DNA of 64,000 nt from Armatimonadota bacterium (GCA_031400935.1 JANNQV010000028.1:124001-188000), one strand, 5' to 3'; shown: positions 8,888 to 19,205, counted from the first letter of the stretch. The notes: generated by a model not told the origin, from the letters alone. Numbers and translations: made by a program.

Positions 8888-9196
8888 TTATGCCCACTTA
8901 GCAGCTGGTTGAGTGGGCACATTTGCGCCCCGCATCCACTCTTCGTTTACAACGCCCAAATACCATTGGCCTACGGTTTCGGCAGAAGTTTCGTGCCAAT
9001 CGTAAAGATAGCCTTTTACAAGGTCGTCCTTTTGCAGGGCAGTCGTGATTTTGTGTCTGGGCAGCCATATCTCGCCCAAAACAGGATAAAACTCGCCCGG
9101 CATTGGGGCAAGCATAAACCGATAGTCGTCCGTGACATCTACGACGACCACTTTAGTGAGATTCCATTCCCACAATTCACCGCAAAGTTCGGCCAT
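8888..9196 (-). CDS. Hypothetical protein downstream of motB
   Basis: 102-aa ORF preceded by an AAGGAG RBS. Confidence 0.75.
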   Translation of the reverse strand: MAELCGELWEWNLTKVVVVDVTDDYRFMLAPMPGEFYPVLGEIWLPRHKITTALQKDDLVKGYLYDWHETSAETVGQWYLGVVNEEWMRGANVPTQPAAKWA

Positions 9197-9253
9197 GGTC
9201 GGGTTCGCTCCTTCGCGAATACAGACGTAGAACTTCGGCGATTCGCCGCAAAG

Positions 9254-10162
9254 TCAATGTTCTGAGCTACGGAGTTGAGGCTCAATGTCTGGTTTGATGT
9301 CAACGGGCTGCCGAAATGCGCCCTCAATTTCTTCTTTGATACTGAGCTTTGGCAGATCGTGAATGGAGTCGCTTGCCGACCGAAATGGTAGCAAAACGGT
9401 AACTCTTCGGTTCATAAAGCTATACGGATCGTCAGGTAATTTGAGTTTCGTGTCGGCAAAGCCACGCACTTCTGCATATTGGCTGTTCGACACTCCGTAT
9501 CGAGACAGCACGCGACGCATTTCTAGAGCTCTATAGCAAGAAAGGTCCCAGTTTGTAAAGGTTCCACTTGCATAAGGTTCTGCATCGGTATGTCCTTCAA
9601 CTTTAATGGCCCGCTTCGACTTTGCGAGCATCGGAGTTACAGTTGCGATTAGTTCTTCCGCTAATGGCCGAATTTTGTAGTCGCCAGACAGAAAGAAAAC
9701 TGAACCTGCAGCCTCGACAAATTCAAGCCGAAGACCTTCTTCTGTAACTGAGATTTCAACATGTTCGAGCAGTGCTTTTAGGTCTGGAATTTGTTTGGAG
9801 CTTTCCTCTAGTTCCTCTTTCATTTCCTTTTCCAGTTTTACGAGCTCTTCTTTTTCTCGTTGATGATCTATTGTCTTTTCACCACCGCTTCCTGAGCCCA
9901 TCGTTTCTTTCGACTTTGGTGAACCTGGCATGGGGAACACGGTTTGAGATTTTGGCGGGCTTTTGAGCATTCCAAATGGGTCATTGAAATAGCCTTGAAT
10001 CATTGATTTTTTTTCAGGCTCCATTCCCATAATCCACATGACCATAAAGAACGCCATCATGGCTGTTACAAAGTCGGCATAAGCAACTTTCCATGATCCG
10101 CCATGGTGTCCTGCCGCCATGACTTTTTTCTTTTTTATGATGATGGGTGTGCCGTCTGCCAT
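9254..10162 (-). CDS. motB: Flagellar stator protein MotB
   Basis: HHGGSWKVAYADFVTAMMAFF; OmpA-like VEGHTD, NWDLS, NRRV. Confidence 0.95.
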   Translation of the reverse strand: MADGTPIIIKKKKVMAAGHHGGSWKVAYADFVTAMMAFFMVMWIMGMEPEKKSMIQGYFNDPFGMLKSPPKSQTVFPMPGSPKSKETMGSGSGGEKTIDHQREKEELVKLEKEMKEELEESSKQIPDLKALLEHVEISVTEEGLRLEFVEAAGSVFFLSGDYKIRPLAEELIATVTPMLAKSKRAIKVEGHTDAEPYASGTFTNWDLSCYRALEMRRVLSRYGVSNSQYAEVRGFADTKLKLPDDPYSFMNRRVTVLLPFRSASDSIHDLPKLSIKEEIEGAFRQPVDIKPDIEPQLRSSEH

Positions 10163-10177
10163 TGGATTCTCTTTTTG

Positions 10178-10292
10178 GTTATCGGTTGTTGGTTGTCAGT
10201 TGTCGGTCGCCGGTTGTTAGTTGTCGCTGAAATCCGCTCTCCACATTCCACACTCCACACTCCGCATTCCGCACTCCACACTCCGCCCTCCC
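10178..10292. repeat. Two adjacent 7-mer tandem arrays (GTTGTCR x7; TCCRCAC x8)
   Basis: Visible directly in the motA-motB intergenic spacer. Confidence 0.9.
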
Positions 10293-11153
10293 CTATGCAA
10301 CTTTCTTTTCTTTCACCGTAGTTTCCATTTCTGCAAATCCTGGCCGAACGCTTGGATCAATATTCCTTCTTGCAAACTCGACACAAGTGATCGGCGATTC
10401 GCCTCTCGCGAAGCTAAACAATGCAAACCGAATGCAATTTAAATAGTGTCCCTCGCTGTTAAGTCGCGCCATCATCGCTGCTGCCATAGGACCCATTACG
10501 CCATAACACAGGAGAATTCCAAGGAAAGTGCCGACAAGAGCTGCCGCAACAGAATGGCCAATCGCTGCGGCATCGCCGCCAATCTTGCCCATTGTGATGA
10601 TAACGCCGAGTACAGCCGCAACAATTCCAAATCCTGGCATGGCATCTCCGACTGTTTGCACAGCGTGCGCAGGGATATGTGCCTCTGCGTGAGCTGTTTC
10701 CAGGTCAATTTCCATCATTTCAGATAAATCGTGTGGCCCAACTGCGCCTGTCAAAATCACCTTCATCGTGTCGCAAAAGAAATTTTGCGCGTGATGATTG
10801 TTTAGAAAAGAAGGGTAAATGCTGATTATAGATGACTCTTCTGGTTTCTCGATATGGGTTTCCAAACCTAGCAAGCCTTCCTTTCGTGCAACATTGAAGA
10901 GCTGATACATCATCTTGAGAAGATCTAAATAGGCTTCTTTCGTAAACGGGTCGGGCTTTAGTAGGCCTTGAGTTGCCTTGATGGTAGCCTTGAAACCATT
11001 CATTCCATTGGCAGCGAGCAAGGAACCAATACCTGCTCCGATCAGAATGATGAATTCGTTAATTTGTATGAGCACGCCGATCTGGCCGCCATGCATCATA
11101 TAGCCAACCAAGGTTGCACCCAAGACAATTGCAATTCCTATGATCGTGAACAT
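10293..11153 (-). CDS. motA: Flagellar stator protein MotA
   Basis: ARKEGLLGLE, DAMPGFGIVAAVLGV, AALVGTFLGI, VEFARR. Confidence 0.95.
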   Translation of the reverse strand: MFTIIGIAIVLGATLVGYMMHGGQIGVLIQINEFIILIGAGIGSLLAANGMNGFKATIKATQGLLKPDPFTKEAYLDLLKMMYQLFNVARKEGLLGLETHIEKPEESSIISIYPSFLNNHHAQNFFCDTMKVILTGAVGPHDLSEMMEIDLETAHAEAHIPAHAVQTVGDAMPGFGIVAAVLGVIITMGKIGGDAAAIGHSVAAALVGTFLGILLCYGVMGPMAAAMMARLNSEGHYLNCIRFALFSFARGESPITCVEFARRNIDPSVRPGFAEMETTVKEKKVA

Positions 11154-11287
11154 TGATTCCTACAAACTCCCAAAAACGTTCAAGCCACAAAATGGCTCGC
11201 TAAATTACTTGTTCCACATTTTCCCGGTAAATATCCAGACTTTTCCCCAAGTTTCGAATTTGGTTCGCTCATTGCGCCACAATGGAA

Positions 11288-11316
11288 TTATCGGCATCGC
11301 GATATCCATTTCTTTC
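11288..11316 (-). promoter_or_regulatory. Putative sigma-28 promoter of motAB
   Basis: Minus strand GAAAG-N16-GCCGATAA, with a perfect -10 element. Confidence 0.7.
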
Positions 11317-11333
11317 GTTCACAATTCCCTACA

Positions 11334-13154
11334 ATGAGTATCGTTCAGAACATTGATCAGCAAAAAATTAAGTTGCTTGACGCTCATACGGTGAATCAAA
11401 TCGCTGCGGGCGAAGTTGTGGAGCGGCCTGCTTCTGTGGTCAAAGAATTGGTGGAAAACGCCATTGATGCGGGTGCACTTCGAATCACAGTTCAATTGAT
11501 AGATTCTGGCAGGGAGTTGATTTCGGTCACGGATGACGGATGTGGAATGTCCCGCGATGACTGCATTTCATCGTTGCAAAGACACGCTACTTCTAAAATT
11601 GGGAGCCTCGAAGACTTATTGGGAGCTTTGACATTGGGTTTCAGAGGCGAGGCATTGCCTTCGATTGCATCGGTTTCAAGGATGACCCTAAGCTCTGCGC
11701 TGCAACCTGGCTCGCGGACAAAGCTGATCATCGAAGGTGGAAAGGTGATTTCCGTTGGCAGTGAGCCAGGACCCAAAGGAACTACGATTTCCGTCGAAGA
11801 CCTCTTTTACAACACACCAGCCAGACTCAAATTTCTGAAGTCGCAGTCAACTGAACTTGGGCAGTGCCTTGAAATTGTTCAAAAATACGCGATTGCTTAT
11901 CCTAGCATCGCGATTGCAGCTTCTCACAACGGGCAAGAAGTTCTATCAACCACAGGTTCTGGCCAGCTTGACGAAGCACTTTCTGGCGTGTGGAGCCGCG
12001 AAGTCGTGCGTTCGCTTGTCGCAGTCGATAACGAGATTGCCGGAATCACTGTTCGAGGGTTTGTGGCTCCGCCTCATTTTACGAAACCGACTCGTGCAAT
12101 GCAGCTGATCTATGTAAACGGTAGACCGGTAAAAAATCGAACACTGATGGCAGCTTTGGATCAGGCATATCGTTCCTTGACTCCGGAGCGGAGATTCCCA
12201 GTGGCAGTACTACTATTGGAAATTGAACCTTCTCGAATTGACGTAAATGTGTCCCCGACAAAAACCGAGGTCAAATTTGCTCAAGATGGGGCGGCATTCG
12301 ATGCGATTCGGTATGCGGTAAAGCAAGCCTTGCTGGATTCTGGCATGATCCCTAGTGCTGAGGCAATCGCCGTTGTAAATGCGGCGCTGGCTGACTCTGG
12401 CTCATTGGGTTTTGGCCCAATAGGTTCAAGCGGCGAGCTTTCATTTTTGGCGCAGTCGCCAATTCAAGCCTATCCTACAGAAACGGGGAGTCCGCATTTT
12501 GCTACGCCTACTATTTCACATGAAAAGCCTCCGGTTGGTTCCCTAGATACTGTTCGTTATCCATTTGCAACTTTACTTGACGGGTTGAAAGTGTTGGGAC
12601 AAATCCTAAGGACATTTATCATTGCTGAGAATCGGGGCGGTTTGGTGATTATTGATCAGCATGTAGCTCACGAGCGAGTGCTTTATGAGTACCTTTGCGG
12701 GCTCAAGGGGCCGACTGCAATTGAGATTCAGCGACTTTTGGTTCCCGAAACTCTGCACCTAGATAAACGATCTGCAATGCTTTTGACTGATAAACTGGAT
12801 GCGATTCGGGAGGTCGGTTTTGAAATAGAACCATTTGGTGGGGAATCGTTCGTTGTTCGAGCTGCTCCAGCCGCACTTCGTGGGAAGAATCCGCTAAAAG
12901 TACTTCAAGATTTGGCAGACGAATTGGTTGAATCAACTGTCAACAAGAAACTCACTCCAACGCGAGAATCAATTTGGATCATGGCTTCGTGCAAAATGGC
13001 GATTAAGGCTGGCGATCCACTTTCTATTCCCGAGATGGAAAAACTCATTCTCGATTTAGCTGAAACAGAAAATCCATACCTGTGCCCCCATGGCAGGCCA
13101 ATTACTGTTACGCTTGGAGTGAATGACCTGTTGAGGAAATTTGGGAGAATATAG
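11334..13154 (+). CDS. mutL: DNA mismatch repair endonuclease MutL
   Basis: NQIAAGEVVERP, GFRGEAL, DQHVAHER, CPHGRP. Confidence 0.98.
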   Translation: MSIVQNIDQQKIKLLDAHTVNQIAAGEVVERPASVVKELVENAIDAGALRITVQLIDSGRELISVTDDGCGMSRDDCISSLQRHATSKIGSLEDLLGALTLGFRGEALPSIASVSRMTLSSALQPGSRTKLIIEGGKVISVGSEPGPKGTTISVEDLFYNTPARLKFLKSQSTELGQCLEIVQKYAIAYPSIAIAASHNGQEVLSTTGSGQLDEALSGVWSREVVRSLVAVDNEIAGITVRGFVAPPHFTKPTRAMQLIYVNGRPVKNRTLMAALDQAYRSLTPERRFPVAVLLLEIEPSRIDVNVSPTKTEVKFAQDGAAFDAIRYAVKQALLDSGMIPSAEAIAVVNAALADSGSLGFGPIGSSGELSFLAQSPIQAYPTETGSPHFATPTISHEKPPVGSLDTVRYPFATLLDGLKVLGQILRTFIIAENRGGLVIIDQHVAHERVLYEYLCGLKGPTAIEIQRLLVPETLHLDKRSAMLLTDKLDAIREVGFEIEPFGGESFVVRAAPAALRGKNPLKVLQDLADELVESTVNKKLTPTRESIWIMASCKMAIKAGDPLSIPEMEKLILDLAETENPYLCPHGRPITVTLGVNDLLRKFGRI

Positions 13155-13159
13155 TCGAG

Positions 13160-13363
13160 GTAATTGGACCATTAGGTCATTGGGTCATTGTAGACTGTGG
13201 ATCGTGGATTGCGAGTTCTGTATGGCAATTAAAGTCGCGCTAGTCACCGGTAATGTTATGCCATTCAACTACAAATGTACCCCTAGGTCTAGGCTGATTT
13301 TGGTTTTGGATAATTCTGAGCCTGTTTGTCTACCGACAATCCACAATCCACAATCCACAATCC
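13160..13363. repeat. Short tandem repeats: CACAATC/GATTGTG 7-mers in inverted orientation, plus CATTRGGT 8-mers
   Basis: gactgtggatcgtggattgcg near 13192; acaatccacaatccacaatccacaatcc at 13336-13363. Confidence 0.75.
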
Positions 13364-13376
13364 AAGAGGTTCGGCT

Positions 13377-13856
13377 TTGACTATCCTCGGAATTGACCCC
13401 GGACTAGAACGAATAGGGTGGGCATGTATTCGTCGCGAAGGATCGAAGCTCATAGCCATAGAATATGGTCTCATTCAGACGCCAAGAATTCTAATTCCTG
13501 ACAGGCTAAAACTAATCCACGATCAAGTGAACGGGCTGATTGATAAGTTCAAACCAGATGCCCTAGCATCCGAGCGGCAACTATTCGCAGCTAACAAAAC
13601 AACTGCACTAGATGTTGCAAAAGCTTTGGGGGTCATCTTGCTTTCAGCAGCAGATAAAGGAATTAGCTGGGCAGAATATACACCGCCACAAATAAAGCTT
13701 GCAGTCGTTGGAGTTGGAACGGCCGAAAAACACCAAGTTCAATTCATGGTAACTCGCTTGTTAGGTTTGAAGGAGCCACCAAAGCCGGACGATGTTGCAG
13801 ATGCATTGGCAATTGCAATCTGCCACGCATTGCAAAGTCGAATCTCAACAAAATAA
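13377..13856 (+). CDS. ruvC: Holliday junction resolvase RuvC
   Basis: ILGIDPG, EYTP..IK..V.G.G.A.K.QV, PDDVADALA; TTG start at 13377 inferred. Confidence 0.95.
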   Translation: MTILGIDPGLERIGWACIRREGSKLIAIEYGLIQTPRILIPDRLKLIHDQVNGLIDKFKPDALASERQLFAANKTTALDVAKALGVILLSAADKGISWAEYTPPQIKLAVVGVGTAEKHQVQFMVTRLLGLKEPPKPDDVADALAIAICHALQSRISTK

Positions 13857-15401
13857 TTAAGCAGCTGATTCAAGTAGTTGCACTACTGCGAGCCTTTCAG
13901 CCCTCGGACGATTTTTTAACGAACCCATCACCCATGCGGCGAATTCAATGTCGCTCGCTTGATGAATCAAGTCAACAGTTTCGCCGTTAATCGTGATTGG
14001 GATGGTAAGTTCATTCTTCGTCCAACTCGATAGCGGCACATGCAAGGAAACGTCTTTTGGCGCAACCGTTACCGATGGCCACAGTTCAGGCGATTGCAAC
14101 GACCATTTTGCGACCAATACTTCTGAGTTTCTTGATATATTTGCCGTATAATCTAAATTAAGTTTGCGAAAAGTAGTTGAGCCTAAATGATAGAGAAAAG
14201 AGCCCTCCGCAATCCAAATTGAGTAACCCGATAAATGGGTCCTCAAATTGTAATCATCATCTTCAAAATTTCCAAGACCAAAGATTGGATCAAAGCCACC
14301 AATCTCATTCAGTAGGTCCGGATGAATCAGTAAACATAAACCACGAAGTTGCCGTACTTGGTTGACAGAGCTAGCGGTGGTAACGCGATACTCTCCCGCC
14401 TTAGTCAACATATCATTGTACGAATCTGGCGAGCCAAACTCGATGAATTGCGGACCGTTAACATAGTTGCTGACGGGCCCTATCAAACCTGGTTTTAGGG
14501 CTAAGGTTTCCAACCCTTTTAAGCTCCAGACCAATTCGCCTAAGCAATCAACGTCGGGCAGAACGTCATCGTTGATCACGCCGAAATAGTCAAATGTTCC
14601 CCGCTGCTGGAGATATTCGAGTCCGCGATTGCACCCTTGGCCAAAACCTAAATTTGCTTCGTTTTCAAGAATGGTCAATATTCCTTCGGGTAGGCCGTTT
14701 GCAGTTTCTTTCAAATGGGCAATTGTTTCGGGCGAACTTCCATTTGCGACTACCGCGAATTCAATGGTGCCTGGATAAGTGCGAATTAGGCTAAAGATCG
14801 CTTCTCGAACTTCGTTTGGCGAGTCAACGGTTGGCATTGCGAACCCGATTCTCGGCCATCCAAACGCCGTTTCTTCGTTGATCAAAGCAACCCACCAACT
14901 GGATTCTTCAAATCCAGAGTCCACCAACCGATGAGGAAAAGTTTCTTCCTGGGCCAAAAAGCGAACCGACTTTCCAGAAAATCGCGATTCAATCGCAACT
15001 TGGAAGGTATTGAATGTCCAGTTATCGTCGGCTTGGCATCCAATCGCGATCAGGCCGTCAAATGAACTCAAATTCGCCAGGAATTGATCAGAATCAGGTG
15101 AATAATTGAGCGATTCTAGGCAAAGAAGCACTTCGGCGTTTGGGATTGGAGAATGTGCAGGCGCAGGAACAAATCCGAATCGGTCGCTTGATTGCAGTTC
15201 GCCGATCTCTTTTGAATCCGAAATTAACGTTACGGTCTCCGCAATGTACGAAGCGTACCGGACCCCACATTTTGTGCTTGCCCCAAGATCAATCACCGTA
15301 CGATCCTGAATCCATGGTCGGAGCGTGAGATATCGCATCCATTGACGCGTTTCTTCCGTCAAATTTTCATTCCAAAACGACTGTTTTTCAACTGCTTGCA
15401 T
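13857..15401 (-). CDS. Glycosyltransferase family 2 with a degenerate N-terminal methyltransferase-like region
   Basis: NLGFGQGCNRG, INDD, GGFDPIFGLGNFEDDD; N-terminal VIDLGA. Confidence 0.85.
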   Translation of the reverse strand: MQAVEKQSFWNENLTEETRQWMRYLTLRPWIQDRTVIDLGASTKCGVRYASYIAETVTLISDSKEIGELQSSDRFGFVPAPAHSPIPNAEVLLCLESLNYSPDSDQFLANLSSFDGLIAIGCQADDNWTFNTFQVAIESRFSGKSVRFLAQEETFPHRLVDSGFEESSWWVALINEETAFGWPRIGFAMPTVDSPNEVREAIFSLIRTYPGTIEFAVVANGSSPETIAHLKETANGLPEGILTILENEANLGFGQGCNRGLEYLQQRGTFDYFGVINDDVLPDVDCLGELVWSLKGLETLALKPGLIGPVSNYVNGPQFIEFGSPDSYNDMLTKAGEYRVTTASSVNQVRQLRGLCLLIHPDLLNEIGGFDPIFGLGNFEDDDYNLRTHLSGYSIWIAEGSFLYHLGSTTFRKLNLDYTANISRNSEVLVAKWSLQSPELWPSVTVAPKDVSLHVPLSSWTKNELTIPITINGETVDLIHQASDIEFAAWVMGSLKNRPRAERLAVVQLLESAA

Positions 15402-15546
15402 TCGAATTCACCATTTCCAATCTTGATATCGGATGAATTTTGGAATTCTCAAGTGCTTTGTGAGGTTTTCTACTCAAAAACCTCACAGTGCCCCATAGAA
15501 TTCAACTTGCAACCAACTTCTACTTTTGAAGGTAGCCTTACCCGTA

Positions 15547-16068
15547 ATGCCGGAACCGAATCATGTGATCGTAAACGAGTGGAACGCCTCGTTTTTTTTG
15601 ATTCAAACACCGTTTGGCCTTGTTATCAACTCGCTTCATTTGAAGGCTGAAAAGACAACCATTGATCCTGAGCCGTTTTCACTTCAATTGGCCGATCCGG
15701 CGACATGGGAGGCTTTTGTCGAGCAAGCCGCGGTTCAAATGTTTGTTGAAAATCAAATCCCTGATACGATTCGGGAGATCAAAGTTGAGATTGTGCAAGA
15801 CAGCATAAATGTGACGGCAAAGGTGAAAGTCATTGTTGAAATCGAAGCCATCGCAAAGTGCTCGATGCGAATCCATGATGGAAAGCAGCTTTTTGTTGAA
15901 GTTGAATCTGTTAGTGTCGGTGGCGCTGCCGTTCGGAATTTGGTTCAGCAACAACTTGATAAAGTGAACCCAATTTTGGATTCAAAGGACTTACCGCTAA
16001 ACCTTACTTTTGAACGTATCGAATTGCGTAAAGGCGAGATTGCGATGTTTGGGTTTGCGGAGCCGTAG
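15547..16068 (+). CDS. Hypothetical protein (possibly LmeA/DUF2993-like)
   Basis: ORF ending VNPILD...LPLNLTFERIEL; the family call is tentative. Confidence 0.6.
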   Translation: MPEPNHVIVNEWNASFFLIQTPFGLVINSLHLKAEKTTIDPEPFSLQLADPATWEAFVEQAAVQMFVENQIPDTIREIKVEIVQDSINVTAKVKVIVEIEAIAKCSMRIHDGKQLFVEVESVSVGGAAVRNLVQQQLDKVNPILDSKDLPLNLTFERIELRKGEIAMFGFAEP

Positions 16069-16105
16069 GTACAATACAAAATCCCCAACACTCAGGGTGA
16101 ATCGT

Positions 16106-16191
16106 GGGCGAGTGGCGAAATTGGTAGACGCACTGGATTTAGGTTCCAGCGCCTAATAAGCGTGAGAGTTCGAGTCTCTCCTTGCCCACCA
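16106..16191 (+). tRNA. tRNA-Leu(TAG)
   Basis: GGGCGAG/CTTGCCC acceptor stem, anticodon arm CTGGA-TTTAGGT-TCCAG, long variable arm, GTTCGAG, encoded CCA. Confidence 0.97.
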
Positions 16192-16278
16192 AGTTTTTTT
16201 TGAATTGGGTGACTTCTTGATTTGGGTGAAGTGGGTGAGACCGAATGCGCTTTGAGATAGAATCCTAATCAAACCGAT

Positions 16279-17754
16279 ATGATCTCATTACTCACAATCA
16301 CTGCTTTGGCCGCCATACCTTCCTTTCCAGAATTTGTCCCAGCCCCACGTGAATTTCGCGCCGCGTGGGTTGCGACGGTGGACAATATTGATTGGCCCTC
16401 CAAAAAGACGCTAACTACTGAACTGCAGCAAGCCGAACTCAAGCGCATTTTCTCTGTGGCCGAAAAAGCTGGACTCAACGCAATCGTTTTTCAAATTCGA
16501 CCGTCTTGCGACAGCCTCTATTTCTCAAAAATCGAGCCATGGTCGGAATTCTTGACCGGCCAACAAGGCAAGCCGCCCGACCCCTATTGGGATCCGCTCG
16601 AATTCGCGATTGAGGAAGCTCACGCACGAGGAATCGAACTTCACGCTTGGTTCAACCCGTATCGGGCAAAGCACTTTTTGGCGACAGGGCCGCTTGCATC
16701 GAACCACATATTCTATCAAAATCCGCAAGCGACAAAGAAGTACGGGCGCTATTTGTGGCTCGATCCGGGCGAACCTGCAACTCCCAAAAGGACCCTTGAC
16801 GTGATTTTAGATGTCGTCAATCGCTACGATCTTGATGGTGTTCATATTGACGACTATTTTTATCCGTATGCGGAATCGGATTCAGACAAGAACAAGATTC
16901 CGTTTCCAGATAACAACAGTTTTCAGGCGTATCTCACTTCCGGTGGAACCCTTGACAAAAAAGACTGGCGCCGCAAAAATGTGAATGATTTCGTCAAAAA
17001 CTTCTACGAATCAGTCAAAAGAACAAAGCCCTGGGTAAAAGTTGGAATTTCTCCGTTTGGCATTGCGAGACCGAATCAGCCCGAAGGAATCAAGGCGGGA
17101 GTTGACCAATATGACGACCCGCTCTATGCTGATTGCAGGCTTTGGTTCGCAGAGGGTTGGTGCGACTATTTCACTCCCCAACTCTATTGGCCGATTGATT
17201 CGCCGGGTCAACCGTATGGCAAATTGCTCGAATGGTGGGCGGAGCAAAACGAAAAGAAGCGGCACCTTTGGCCGGGGAATTACACAAGCCGAATGATTCC
17301 CGGAGTAGGATCTTGGAAACTCGAAGAAGTAACCAAGCAAATTGAGTTGACGAGAAAAGCCAAGGGTTCGACAGGAAACGTCCATTTCAGCTTCAAAGTG
17401 TTTTTGAAAAACGAGCAGGCGATCGTCTCAAAACTCGGGTCTGGCCTTTACAAATCGAAAGCACTCGTTCCTGATATGCCGTGGCTCGGCAAAACGGCAC
17501 CCAAAACGCCCGTCGTCAAACTTATCAAAAGCAGGGGAGAAACTCTTTTGAGATGGGCATCTGACAAGGCTGCACGGTCAAGGTGCGTGTATCAACTTGA
17601 AAACGGTGTTTGGCGGCTGACGGACGTTTTGCCAGGTGCCGCGGACGAGTTAGTTTTTGACCAAACTAGCTTGAAAAAGGTCTCAGCATTTGCGGTAACC
17701 GCACTCAGTCCGGTTGGAATTGAATCTAAACCAGCCATTAAGTTGGTCAGATAA
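16279..17754 (+). CDS. Glycosyl hydrolase-like 10 (YddW/DigH family) protein
   Basis: PREFRAAWVATVDNIDWPS, ELHAWFNPYR, DGVHIDDYFYP, PQLYW. Confidence 0.92.
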   Translation: MISLLTITALAAIPSFPEFVPAPREFRAAWVATVDNIDWPSKKTLTTELQQAELKRIFSVAEKAGLNAIVFQIRPSCDSLYFSKIEPWSEFLTGQQGKPPDPYWDPLEFAIEEAHARGIELHAWFNPYRAKHFLATGPLASNHIFYQNPQATKKYGRYLWLDPGEPATPKRTLDVILDVVNRYDLDGVHIDDYFYPYAESDSDKNKIPFPDNNSFQAYLTSGGTLDKKDWRRKNVNDFVKNFYESVKRTKPWVKVGISPFGIARPNQPEGIKAGVDQYDDPLYADCRLWFAEGWCDYFTPQLYWPIDSPGQPYGKLLEWWAEQNEKKRHLWPGNYTSRMIPGVGSWKLEEVTKQIELTRKAKGSTGNVHFSFKVFLKNEQAIVSKLGSGLYKSKALVPDMPWLGKTAPKTPVVKLIKSRGETLLRWASDKAARSRCVYQLENGVWRLTDVLPGAADELVFDQTSLKKVSAFAVTALSPVGIESKPAIKLVR

Positions 17755-17756
17755 GA

Positions 17757-18191
17757 TCAGTTTCCCATTTTTGGAAACATAGACTTGGGAGCCTTGTACT
17801 TTTCTGCCCAATCCACCCAGGGAACATCCGTTGCACCAAGAAACCAAGTTACAACTGTCCATTTTCCGCCCTCTTTGCGTAGCAGGGCACCGAAATTTTC
17901 ATCAAAAGCACCAGAGTCAAATTGCTCTTTGTAATCTGATTTGCGAAAATCTAGCGACTTTCCGTTAGCCGCTTTTGGCGCACCGAAAACAAATGCCCAT
18001 TCATTGGTTGTATTCAAATGAGTGATGACAAACACGACCTTTTGGCCGTGCATGGATTTTTGGATTGGAACCCGCAAAACATCTAAAATGGCTTTGCGAA
18101 CCGGAGAGCCAATTTTCGGGGTTGTTGCTGTTTGAGCAAATGTAAATGGGGCCAAAGTAGAAAGGGCGAGGGCAAGTGCAATTCTTCGCAT
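17757..18191 (-). CDS. Hypothetical secreted protein
   Basis: Signal peptide; GSPVRKAILDVLR and ALLRKEGGKW. Confidence 0.8.
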   Translation of the reverse strand: MRRIALALALSTLAPFTFAQTATTPKIGSPVRKAILDVLRVPIQKSMHGQKVVFVITHLNTTNEWAFVFGAPKAANGKSLDFRKSDYKEQFDSGAFDENFGALLRKEGGKWTVVTWFLGATDVPWVDWAEKYKAPKSMFPKMGN

Positions 18192-18258
18192 TCTTCAGTC
18201 TATCTCAGATTTCTCGTATCGGGAACCAAGGAAAAGCGTATCATTCGTAAGAGAACTT

Positions 18259-19110
18259 ATGAGGGCATTCGCATTTTTGGCAGCACTCGGCACAATGTGC
18301 CTAGCAGAAGCACAAGAATATTGGCATTTTGGAAAGCCGATGAGGATGTATGGGGTTTACCGGCGGGTGTTTGGAAACCCAAATCAGCTCTTCGCAAGCG
18401 GCAACGGGCAACAAGAAACCAGCTCATCGGAGCGCTTCAACGCCAATTCGAAAAATTCTTACTCTGATGAAGCCTACGCAAACATCGAAGTTATTACCCA
18501 AGAAGTTAACTTTGATGGAAAAACTTGTACGAAATTCATTTCTTCATGGGATGATTTGCCTGTTCGAGAATCAAATATGAGGAAGATGAACGCCGACCAG
18601 CGGTTGCAAGCCATGCTCGCCGTGACTCATCGAAAATATGAAACCGTAGTTGATCCAGAGGGTAACCCTAAGCTCATTTATTCTGACCACAATGATGGCC
18701 GGGGGCAAATCAAAGTTTGGGCGAAGTTCAATAAAGACGATGTACAAGTTACAATTGAAAATAAGCAAGGTACGAAAAAACTGATCATCAATCCTGCTTA
18801 TGGGGTCGAGGCGTTTCGAAACCCGATTCCCGAAATTCTTAAGTCGGCAGGCAATGACCGAACCCAAAAACGCTACTGCACCATTGACCCAAAAACAGGC
18901 GGAATTTTAGATTTCACAGTTCAATACAAATCGAAATTCAAGGGCAAAATTGACCGAACCGAGTATTCCGGCTATGTCATTGAGCTAACTGGTGCGTTTG
19001 GCAAGCGGTTCTTGTTGGTTTCCGACAAGGGCGAATTGCTGCAGGTGGATTATGGCAATGAGCATGATTACATCAATGCGGTGTTCACCAAGGATTTGAG
19101 CAAGCCTTAG
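18259..19110 (+). CDS. Hypothetical secreted protein
   Basis: 283-aa ORF with signal peptide ending AEA-Q. Confidence 0.75.
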   Translation: MRAFAFLAALGTMCLAEAQEYWHFGKPMRMYGVYRRVFGNPNQLFASGNGQQETSSSERFNANSKNSYSDEAYANIEVITQEVNFDGKTCTKFISSWDDLPVRESNMRKMNADQRLQAMLAVTHRKYETVVDPEGNPKLIYSDHNDGRGQIKVWAKFNKDDVQVTIENKQGTKKLIINPAYGVEAFRNPIPEILKSAGNDRTQKRYCTIDPKTGGILDFTVQYKSKFKGKIDRTEYSGYVIELTGAFGKRFLLVSDKGELLQVDYGNEHDYINAVFTKDLSKP

Positions 19111-19205
19111 GGTTTTGGGAGTGCGGCAACTTGTTCGTGCTATGCTTTTAAAGGATTCGTAAATTTAGTGAAGTCTCTAGAAATCTGCCGTATACTGTTA
19201 CTGAA

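Noticed and set aside
11200..11275. Possible second c-di-GMP riboswitch in the motA leader (GCGAACC..GAAA..GG)
   Set aside because: Lacks ACGCAAA and GTTACC, and the stem pairs poorly.
13326..13376. N-terminal extension of RuvC (STDNPQSTIHNP)
   Set aside because: It is a translation of heptamer repeats; RuvC homology begins at TTG 13377.
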